From Lama glama (Eukaryota), in assembly GCA_028534125.1 (NCBI GenBank), contig CM052817.1, positions 25,670,001 to 25,734,000 on the forward strand: a stretch of DNA of 64,000 nt, in the 5' to 3' direction. The notes below the pieces were generated by a model that searched no databases, was not told the origin of the DNA, and saw only the letters and a program-made list of their open reading frames with translations. Of this stretch, positions 25,001 to 37,000 are shown piece by piece; within the stretch, counting starts at the first letter, position 1, and the number at the start of each line of letters is the position of its first letter. The position numbers were made by a program, and so were the translations under genes.

Positions 25001-28000
25001 AATAAATAGGTTCTTTCTAAAACCAGTGGCTTCTCCACTGCTATAAATGCCATGATGCATCTCCTCTTATATGCACAATATTATTTATATTATTATATAA
25101 AATAGGTATGATATGCAGAATATTTGATGTATATTTAATATTTAATAATGTTTACTGTCCTAAGTGGCAGGATATTTTTCACTACTTCATATGCTTGGAT
25201 TCATGAGGTTAGCCTTTGAAAGCCACTAAGCCTGCCATTTGGGTAGATGTTCCTAAAAACTGAATGTCACTCCCCACTATGGGTTTCTTTCTAGACATTT
25301 TTTTCTATCTGGCTTCTAACTCTCCTAATATGTAATCATTTATAGATAAAGGGATCAAAAAAACTCAAAACCATGTACTAATTGCAAATGACACACACTT
25401 ATTTCAAATAATATAATTTTCAAAACAAGAAAGACCCTGGGTCTTAATTCTGAAATTTTATTAGCTGTATAACTTCGGACAAAACAATCCCTCTGAGGCT
25501 CGGGGGTTTTTTATCTATAAAATAAAAGTAATAGCACATACCCAGAAACAGAGAATGTTTATTCTACAAATATACAATGCTGATGATGTTAGTAACCAAT
25601 TTATTTAGACCCTTATATACTAAAGTACCAATGATAAGACTTGATAGGAAACTTCTCAGAAAGATCTCCAACAAAGACTTAGCCAAAAGAATGAATGATA
25701 GTTTGATTCCAACCTAGAGGCAACCATTTGTTCTGCCCACTGAAAGGACTAACACAGCCTCGCCTGGTAAAGAACATAGGAGCCTTGGGAAATACTGCAC
25801 CCACCCAGCACAATGCTACTATCCTTTATTGAAAACTACTGGGCACTGGGATAAATTTCTTATATAATCTCTTTAGTTCAATCCTTACCTCAACTGCATG
25901 TGGAAATGGTGATTATTATTGTTTTACAAAGGAAAAAAGGGACACTCAAACATGGTAACTTGCTAGTAGTGACAGTACTAGAATTCTAACCCAAGTCCAC
26001 TTGTCTTCAAAGGCTATTCTCATAATGATACATTTAATACTGTCTTTAAGAGATCAACGTCTCATACTATAAACTGTCCATCAGGTCTCACATTCAGCCA
26101 GTATATGCATGGGTACATGCCCATGGAGCCAGTATATGCATTGGTATATACCACTGGAGCCAGTCTGCCCATAGGTACACACCAGAGGGGCGTGTCTACA
26201 TGCTTACCCACCAGTAGGGCCAGTATGCACATGGGTACATGCCACAGGGCCACACCAGGAGCTGACAGTCACTGTCCATTCTGATAGGTGCCTATATCAT
26301 ACTAGTTGTTAATTCTTTTTGAGTATCATTTTTACTGTCCTGATTTCCAACTACACATTTGAGCTCTTCATAGTCAAAAATCTAAAAAGTGTCACTTCCA
26401 CACTTATTAAAGATTGACTTCTGCTCACACTCATCACCTAGGACCACTCTGCTCAAGATCTCCAACTCTGAAATTCTTTATCACCACTCCCTATTTTTCT
26501 GCCTCTCTTCTGCCTTCACTTCCACCAAGCTCCTGCTCAACCTCCAGTCTGTCAACTTCTTCCAATTCACCCAGCATTTCTTCCCCTCTTACTCACTTGT
26601 CTGGGCAGGAGAAAGACACACCAAGCTCCTTGAGAGCTGGCACTGTGTCTTACTTATGTTTATGTTCCTTGGGCTTCCTAGAATCACCACCTACACACAG
26701 TAGGTGCTCAGTAAATGGTAAATTGAACTTAAAAAAAAGATAAGTGGAATCTATATATAAGATTAGGAGCTCCCTGACATTAGATGAATTATCCCAAATG
26801 ATGGATTTATTTCTCAATACTTACTTTGCCACTTCTTCACTCTCCTGTGGCCTTCAAGTATTTTGTGGATAATGAGGATGAACAAAAATATAAAAACTAA
26901 TAGAACTAAAACATACCAAGTGATCTTCATGGAACAAATAAAACCTGCAAAGAAAAATGTACTATAAAAATGCAGTAAAATAATGCAGCAGATAAGAGGT
27001 TATATGGTGGTGCAGCTGGATTCTACTATATATTCTGCCCTTAACTGAAAAGTTGAATATCTAACCATCACTGTTACAGGGTCACTTGCTCTCCTGAATT
27101 CTTTCCTAATGTATTTAAGGAAGAAACTTGACCAAGTGGCATCCAGGGATGTTTGGTTTCAAAATTCTAAGGTTAATTTCACTTACAGGTCATGTTGATG
27201 TTAGTTTCACCATCATCACAGTCACTAGGTCAAGACTGCAATAAGCAGAGTACCATAATCAAAGCCATTTGTGATTAACAATTTGGCCCTGGGTCAAGCA
27301 GTCAAAAAATGTGCCCTCAAGACAACAAAGATGCAGTAAGATGAGGATGCAGAAGAAAGTGTAAGACAGAAAAAGAAAGAGGCTGGATTGAGGCACAGAA
27401 GAGGCCAGGGTAGACGATTAATCAGACCTCCTTTCTACAGGGGCTCTCATGGCCATGATCAGGTCAAGTGCATGCATTAGTTAAACATACAGTGACCCTA
27501 GCCTAAATTTAGTAAGGATACAGGTAAAAAATTGTTCATTCAAATGACAGGCAATGTGGAAGGATAGTCACCATCCAACAGCAGCTTAACACAGTCTCCT
27601 TTGGTCCCATAAAGACACACTGGCCAGCAGATCCAGGAATCAGTGACTTAAACGAGGTTGTCTTCCTGTCCAAAACACAACTGTCTACTGATTTTCTGAG
27701 CCACCCTAAGTACCTGCTTCCCTGCATGCAAAACACAGCTAGTAATTATTCAGCTTAGCAGGATATATAACTTGTTTATAACTCTTGGATAACTGCTCTA
27801 GTGGGACTCATGGTCTGGGTATCCCATTCACAGGCACCACAATCCATAGACAGATTCAGTCACCTGCCTCATTAAAGAGGCAGTCAACATTTATTTGGAG
27901 AGGAGGCTGCATGGAGAAAGTGCAGGTTGACTGGAATGGCAGCATGCAGCCTCCCCAGCTGTGACAGCACCTCCTATCACAGTGATTGCACTTGTTTGAT

Positions 28001-31000
28001 TGTTTTACATTCATCTATCTCTGTGACCCCAATGCCTAGCACACTGCTTGGCATACAGCAGGCACTCATTAAATGGTTATATGATAAAATGCTCTTCAAG
28101 AGTAGGGTTTATGGGTGAAGGAAGGGCACCCTGCTTAGTAGTGGGGATCAATTGTGTTAATTCAGAATAGAGTGACCAGGAAGCTAATCAACCTTAAACA
28201 GGGTTAAGAAATACATAAGCTTTCTCTTTCAGACTCCTGCCTTTCCTTTATTTAGAGTCATCCAGTGACCCAAAATGCCTAACCTATACCCCACCTATCT
28301 TCACAGCAGTACCTCAAAAATCCCCTTAATTCAGGTATCTTTCTCAGCTGTAAAAGAAGACATGTTAAATCAATTCAAAAGTTAAGAGCACATCACAATG
28401 TACATGTATATTTACATTTAAAAAGAAATCTCACCCTTTAATACATGAGTGTGATAGTGTTACTTCAAGCACAGCAGACAGGCATTCCCAGAAGTTATTC
28501 TGGAGCCGAGGGTCTTTCTAGTGCCCCTCAAATCGCAACCCACAGAAGCCTCCTGGAAGCTAGGCTCCACAGAAAGCACATTTTGAAAGGAAAATAAACA
28601 GTTAAAAGAGCTGACATTCTTTCCAGCCTTGTTATTTCATCAGTAAAATTCTTGAACTATTTGACTTTCAGTGAAGTTAATGTGGTAGCCCTTACTTAAT
28701 TTTGTGTCTGTATCCGATTCTCTTTTTCCCTCTAATTTCCTTAAAAACTTACTTTTTACATCCATTTCTAAGTACAAAGAAATGTTAATACAATTATTTG
28801 GGTGTTCCATAATTCTACAGGTGTGGTTTATGGACGTTTCCTTGGTGGGGTCTTCCTCTTTGGTGGCTGACCTTCTAGTGCGGGTTTTTAGGTTGCAGGT
28901 GCTGTTATATTCCTCCAAGCGGTCAGCTGAAGGCATTACAGTGAAGTTAAAACGTTGACAAGGTGAGTGAAGATCATTTGCCTTCACTTGCATTGATCCT
29001 TTCATGATAAGAACTAGAAAGAGATTAAGGAAATGCTATTCACAAAACAGTACTTCACAGTAAGAAAACAGATACAATTCAAAATTAAATCTCCTCCTTC
29101 CTATACAAAAAAAAAANNNNNNNNNNNNNNNNNNNNNNNNNNNNNNNNNNNNNNNNNNNNNNNNNNNNNNNNNNNNNNNNNNNNNNNNNNNNNNNNNNNN
29201 NNNNNNNNNNNNNNNNNNNNNNNNNNNNNNNNNNNNNNNNNNNNNNNNNNNNNNNNNNNNNNNNNNNNNNNNNNNNNNNNNNNNNNNNNNNNNNNNNNNN
29301 NNNNNNNNNNNNNNNNNNNNNNNNNNNNNNNNNNNNNNNNNNNNNNNNNNNNNNNNNNNNNNNNNNNNNNNNNNNNNNNNNNNNNNNNNNNNNNNNNNNN
29401 NNNNNNNNNNNNNNNNNNNNNNNNNNNNNNNNNNNNNNNNNNNNNNNNNNNNNNNNNNNNNNNNNNNNNNNNNNNNNNNNNNNNNNNNNNNNNNNNNNNN
29501 NNNNNNNNNNNNNNNNNNNNNNNNNNNNNNNNNNNNNNNNNNNNNNNNNNNNNNNNNNNNNNNNNNNNNNNNNNNNNNNNNNNNNNNNNNNNNNNNNNNN
29601 NNNNNNNNNNNNNNNNGTGACACAGCCATAGCAACTGGAATAACTTATCAATGTTTTACTTTTCAAGGAGGCAGAGAAGTAGCACCAGTGAGCTGCCAGT
29701 TCTTAAAACACTTCCTAGTTCTCTATCATAATAAAGGTATTTTCCCAAATTGTTTTCTGATTAATTTGACCCTACAACAGTTACAGCACTACTTGAATAA
29801 GAACACAGAAAAAGACATATCTATCGTACTTCATCCACAGCCAATGCCAAGATATCTTGTTCCCATCCTGAAAGAATGGGAAGAAATGCCAGTATGAAAT
29901 AATATAGGAAGTGATCCCACTAAATAGGTAAAAGCAATGAATTTGATGCTTGGGCTTGAGGCCACCAGTATATTTTATGACTGTAAATTAATTATTTTAA
30001 TTCTCAATGATCCAAATTGATTTGATTTAATTAAATAATATATATTTGTCTCATAATAAATGCAAGGTTCAGTTAGACATTACAGAAAATACATAGTCAA
30101 GTTTTTATTTGTTCACTCAATCATTAAACAAGTATTTTTCAAATGTCTCATGTAGACACTATTCTAAGATCTTAAAATGTCATAGGGAACAAAGACAAAG
30201 TTCCTGCCATCAAGAAGCTCACTGGATCATTAAACAAGTAAAAAGACAATTTATAGATAATGGATGAATGTTAGGCAGGAGTAGGTACAAAGAATAGGTA
30301 CAAATGCATCAAGGATTCAGTGACTCCTTGGGGAATCAAAGTGTGATTTTACTATGAGAACCTACAAATTTACTTAGAATTTTATTTCAATATCTTTGAA
30401 GAGAGCATGCTAAACTATCCTTTACCCATCAAATGTAGGTGGATTACAGTGGCATTTTGATGTATTTTCAGCATAGATATTTTCTTTTCAATAAATCAAA
30501 GTAAACCAAGAACAAGTTAGTATACAAAGCCTGCAAGTCATTCAATGAGCACCATGCCACTGAGTGCTCCAGTGCAATTGGACTTAACGTTGGGATATAT
30601 TTTCAATACTTCTTTTTTTTTTAACAGAATAAGGTTATTTATCCTTGATAAATTTTCTTCTCATTCTTCTTTTGTATTTACCTTTTGATGTTTGTTCCTG
30701 AGAAATAAAATCCGTGTTTCCTTTGGACTCACAAGCCAAACACGAGGAGCAAATTTTAAATTCACTTGTGATGTCTTGGCAAATCCTGGTGACATTTTGA
30801 AAGCTGGAGTGATTTAGAAAGATTCCCATAATAGTCTGAGTTTCTCTTCTTGGTTGCAGAAAAGTCACGAAAGGAAATTTTAAAGAGGAGAATGAATAGG
30901 TGAAATTGTGTTGTAAACACACTTCCAAACATGATAGCTCCAATACGTTTCCTATAAAAGGAAAAAAAAAGCTTTCTTTACTGTAAAATTTTCAGTTTTT

Positions 31001-34000
31001 GGCATTCAAATAAATACACAATAAGCTCCCAGTGTTTCTTAGGCAGATTCAGTGCACTTCAGTTTATCAGTGACAAAACTTTCTTTTTATGTGAATTAGC
31101 AATATCTACTCCATTTAAATATTTCTTTTCAAACTTTGTCAACATTCCCTATTAATTTTCAGAGAAGAGAAGTACTCGCTGAGAAGTTCTCAGAAACCCC
31201 AGCATTTGAACCATTCTCTCTTCTGGGAAAGTTTTAATGAACAAACCTTAGGTCCCTCTGAATCCATCGGTTCTGAAATAGAAGTTCAAGTCAATTGCAT
31301 GGAGTTGAACAGGGAATGGAAAACTTGAACAGTATTTCTGTGTTCATTTCTGAGGGCTGCTATAGCAAACTACTACAATCTCAGTGACTTAAAACAAGAG
31401 AAATGTATTCTTTTACAGTTCTGAAGGCCAGAAGTTCAATGCCAGTTTTACTGGTCTGAGGTCTAGATGTCCACAGAACCACACTCCCTCTGCAGAATCT
31501 GTTCCTTGCCCCTCTTTCAATTATTGGTGGCTGCTGGAATCCCTTGGCTTGTGACCCCATCACTACAATCTCTGCTTCCATGGTCACATTGCCGTCTCCT
31601 CTGTGTCTCTGTCTTCTACTCTGCTGTCTGTGTCAAATCTCCCTCTGCCTCTCTCACAATCTCAATTGTGATTGGATTTCAATCCCACCTGGATTAGGTA
31701 GGATAATCTCAAGATCCTTAACTTAATCACATCTGTAGAGACACTTTTCCCTTATAAGGTAACCATTATGGGTTCCAGGGATTAGCACCTTTGGGTGACC
31801 GTTATTCAACCTACCTGAACCTCCAAAGATGAAACTTAACAGGATGACATCATAATGTTTATTTTTGTCTGAAGCCAAAGATCAAATATGGAAATAATGG
31901 TATAATAGAAAGCACACTGGGTTCAAAACAAAAGACAAAGACTTTAATTGCTCAATTTGTTACTAGCCAAGATACTTGAACAATTTAGTCTCCACAAATC
32001 TCATTTTTTCACTAGCAAAATGGAGATAACAGCTAGATCCTGCTAACCTCGTGGGGTTGTGGTAGCATCAAGTGGTGCAGTACAGATGCAAACCCTTTTG
32101 AAAATTGTTCAGATGTGTATTATTAAAATGCAAACCCATATTCCAAAGTAAAAATCAAAAATTCATCCTTTATTTAAGATAGAATTATCTACGATTTAAT
32201 CCACACAAGTAATTAAAGCTCACTATATAAAAGTTGGGAGTCCCTTTGTAGCAGTAGTGATGAACTTAGGAACAGGTAACCTCTCTCTCAGACAGTCTCA
32301 GTCTGACAGTCATTTACTAGGATGAGAAAAATTACTGACAAGCTCAGTTCCACCTTTATGTAGCTTTCTTTAGTATTTCTCATGTAATCATATGGACAAA
32401 ATATATTTTTAAAATTTTCTAAATAATGTGGAGCACAGTGAAAGAACTACTTCATTTTTAAGAACAATTACTCCTACTTACACATCGTTTTTTTTGGAAA
32501 TATAGTTAGTTTACAATGTTGTGTCAGTTTCTGGTGTACAGCATAATGTTTCAGTTATACATGAACATATATATATTCCCTTTCATATTCTTTTTCATTA
32601 TAAGTTACTACAAGACATTGAATATAGTTCCCTGTGCTATACAGTAGAAACTTGTTTATCTGTTTTATGTAATAGTTAGTATTTGCAAATCGTGAACTCC
32701 CAATTTATCTCTTCCCATCCTACTCATACATCTTGATTCAAACTTAAAAGAAAAATCAAGCTACTGATTGATATTAAGGCACTTTTTTTACTAGTGGAAT
32801 TTGTACTTTGATAGTAATTCCGTAAGTGTTTTATTACTGATTATTATATTTTTATTATTTTTATAAACTAAAGGCTCATTTGCCAGCCCTCTACACTTGA
32901 AATTGCTTCTGTAATAATTCACATGTGATTTCCATCTATAAACACATTTTACCCCTGAGTTGCTATAATGGTTCTGGGAGGTGGAGATTGTATTTTACAC
33001 AAATACACTTTTTTTAATGTCTCAATATATTTGTAAACAAAGTAGTAATCAAATTATAACTAATTTTTTGAAAGAATGTTTTCAATAATAACGTCCCAAG
33101 AAGAAGATAGGGATGCACCATCTGCTGGAACTATAATCTATAGCTTTTGATATTACTAAAACACATGAAAAACATTTCTTGCTATCTTTCCGTTTTCCTC
33201 ACTAGCATTTTTCATCTTATGAACTTTTCAACTTCTTGAATTTATATTGCTATGATGTGGCCTAGAAGGGAGAGAGAGAAATCTTCACTGTCCAGATTGC
33301 TGGCCTCTTATCCAGTAAGTGGCAAACCGGGCTTTCTAGAATTGATGATATAGCCTTTATATTTGGCTATAAGGGCACTTTATGATGGTTTTTAAACCTT
33401 AATTTTAAGTAATTCAATTAGGAAAGAAATAGAGGACACATCCTTCCCTGGATATAATTTTAAGAAATAAATGAATTCTACTCAATCACTTTTGCTATCA
33501 GGTGGGCTACAGTCTCATCTTCATAAATAAGGATTTATGAATTTCACTACTGCCATTAATATTGCTGAGAGTCAGACATCTAAACTTTCACTCCCAGAGA
33601 CAGAAATGCATTCCAGAATTACTCCAGCACCAGGACTGCAGTCTCTTAGAGTAAGTATACAGACTACTAAATAGAACTAGGAAAATAAGTTACCGTATAG
33701 GACAAATGCCCATGTCAATTATCTCTTCTTTTTAAAGAAAAGCAAAGAGTGAGGCTAAATAAACATTTACTATCTTTATTTTCTTTTTACCTTTTATTGT
33801 AAACATATATCATATATAAGCATATATAAAATACATTGTGCCAGTTAAAGAGTAAACAAATAAACACACACCCATGTATCTATCACACAGCTGAAGAAGC
33901 AGAATATTAGCAACATCTTTGGAATGCCTTATCCCTCTCCAGCCCTGCACACTCCTTTCCCAGAGGTTGAACACTACCATGAATTTTGTGTTTCTCACTC

Positions 34001-37000
34001 CTCAGAGTCTTCACAAAATGTATATATTCCTAAATAGCATTATTTCATTAACATAATGCACACATTTATGGACTATATTGTATGTATTAATCTATGACTT
34101 GTTTTTTTGCTTATTAGTGTCACTGCATATAGCTGTAGTTAATTATTTGTGATCTTCTTTTGAATGAATATACCACAATTTATTTATTCTTCTGACAGTA
34201 AAAATTTAGGATGTTTCTATTTTTGTTATTCTGGATAATATTGCTATGAACTATACTGTTACCCATTGTTGGTAGAAATACAAAATAGAACAACCACTCT
34301 AGAAAACATTTTGATTTTCTTTAAGTTAAATATATATCTAGCATATGACCCAACAATTCTACTCCTACGATTTTACAAAAAAGAAATAAAAAAGATATGT
34401 CCACACAAATACCTGTACAGAATATTCATGGCAGTTTTAAAATTTATCATAGCCAAGAACTGGAAACAACCCAAAGTCCAACAACTAGTGAATAAACAAA
34501 CAATTCCTGACATATTCATATAATGGAGCACCATTCAACAACAAAAATGAGGAAACTACTGGTACAAATAACGACATGGGATGCATTTCAAATGCATTAT
34601 GTCAAGAGAAAGCAGCCAGGCACAAGTGACTACATACTATGTGGTTCCATTTATATGAAATCCTAAGAAATGGAAAACTATATTGATAGCTGGTTCTTCT
34701 GCAAAGGAGAAAGGGGGACATTTGCGAGGTACTGGCAAGTTTTATATGTTGATCGTGCTGGTAGTTACATCGCTGTTAACATTTGTCAACCCTTGAACTT
34801 TATACTTAAAAGCAGTAGCATTTTATTGTATGTAAATTATACCTCAATAAGCTTAGTTTTGAATAATGCTATGAATATTCATGAACATGTCATCTGGTAC
34901 ACAAATACAGAAGTTTCTCTAGCATACATACTGAATGAAATTGCTGGGTATTCAATATGCACATCTTTGATTTTACTAGAAAATGCCAAATCATTATACG
35001 AAGCAGTTGTACCAATTTATACACCCACCTGCAGTGTACAAAGGTTCCCATTGACACATATCTTCACCAATGCCTTTCAAATTTGACAATTCGGTGAATG
35101 TTAAATAGAATCTCATCATGGTTTAAAAATGTACTCTCCTAGTTTTCCCTACTTTTTCTATTTTTTCATTTTTCTGTTAGATGGTTTTGTTTTTCTTATT
35201 AATGTTCAGGAGTTCTTTAAGTTTTCTATTTGAAATTGTAAGAACTTTACATTTTTTATTAAGCTATCTTCTCACAGTTTGTACCTTGCCTATTCATTTT
35301 CTTTATGATCTTTCAGTTAAAGGAAGCTCTTAATTTGAATATATTGAATGTATCCATCGTTTTCTACACAATTTGTCTTAAGAAGCCTTTCTCCTTTAAA
35401 TTCAAAAAGACCCTCACCCACATTTTCTTCTAAAAGTTTTTAAAAAATTGCCTTTTACATTGAAGTTCTTAATCTATCTGGAATTATGTACAGCATGATG
35501 CAGAAAACCAAATTAACTTTTCTCACATGTGCTAATCAATTGTACTAGCAATTATTAAGTAGTCTATCTTTTCCTCACTATGTATAAGGACACCTTTGTC
35601 ATATATCAAGTATCCATGTATATACGACTGTGTTCTGGGTTCTCAATTTTGTTCCATCAGTTCATTTTTCTATCATGGCAAAGATATCTTACTGACCTAA
35701 TTACTTTTGCTGTGTTAAGCTTTTATGTCTGATAGGAAAAATCCCCTCACCTGGTTCATTTTCTTTAGGAGTGTCAGAGCTATTCTTGGCTAAGAATAAA
35801 TTTCCAATAAATTTTAGAATCATCTTATTAAGTTTGGTGAAGAACCCAGTTGTGGTTCTCACCTGAAGCTCTAAAACAACTGGAGAAGAAAGATGATACT
35901 GAGTTTCTCCTTTCACTCCTTTCTCCCTTTCTAGCTCTCTGTTTATATAGGTCTTCTTTGATATCTTTTAATAAAGTTTCCAAACTTTTACCATTATGGT
36001 CCCATACAACTTCTGTTAGATTTCCTCCTAGGTACCTTATTTTTTGTTGCTATTGCCAGTACTATCTTTTAAGAAGCATGTTTTCTATTTGTTAGAGGTC
36101 TATGGAAATACAATTGACTCTTGAAAATTAATTTTATTTTTTACCACTCTGTAATCATCCTTATTAATTTTAATTTTTTCTCTGTAATTCTTTAGAGCTT
36201 TCTATGCAGATATACATATTGACCATAAATAATGATACCTTTTTTCTTGCTTTTCTTTTCAGTCCTTATACCTTTCACTTCTTTTGCTTGTCTTTTTGCA
36301 CTGACTAGGATTCCAGTTCATGAAGAATAAAAGTGCTGAGAGTGGGCATCCTTGCTTGCTTCTGATCTTAAGAAGAATACGATTTTATCATTGAGAGTGA
36401 TATTTTGTATCACTGTTTTTAGATACCCTGTTTCGATTTAAGGAAGTTCTCTTCTATTGCTAGTTTGCTAAGAGTTTTTAATTATAAGGATGGTTGAATA
36501 TAACTGAATGCTCTTTCAACAACTATTGAGATGATTATATGGTCTTTCTTCTTGAATCAGTTAATACAATGAATTACATCAATAGATCGTTTAACGCTAC
36601 CTCAATCTTGCACTCCAGGAATAAATTTCATCTTGATCATTTTTAATACATTGCTGCAACCAGATTCTTAATGTTTTGTTTAAAAGGCTTTTTATTTATG
36701 TTTATAATTGAGATTGGCTTGTAAATTTTTCCTTTTTTGGACTGTCTTTTTTGGGTTTGGATACTAAGATATACTAGCCTTAAAAAATAAAATGGAAAAG
36801 ATTCCCCTTTTCCTATTTTCTGAAAAGGTTTATTATAAAATCACATTTATCTGTTCAATCCATTTCTTGAAATTTTGGCACAATTTATATGTAATATCAT
36901 CTGAACTTAGCGTTTTTTCAGGGAAAATCAAATCATTGGCTCAGTTTCTTTTATTGCTGTTGGATTCTTGGGTTTTCCATTTCTTCCTAAGTAAGTTTTG

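Noticed and set aside
26096..26250. Regularly spaced ~31-bp repeats as a CRISPR-like array
   Set aside because: The units are contiguous with no unique spacers, there are no cas genes, and the context is mammalian.
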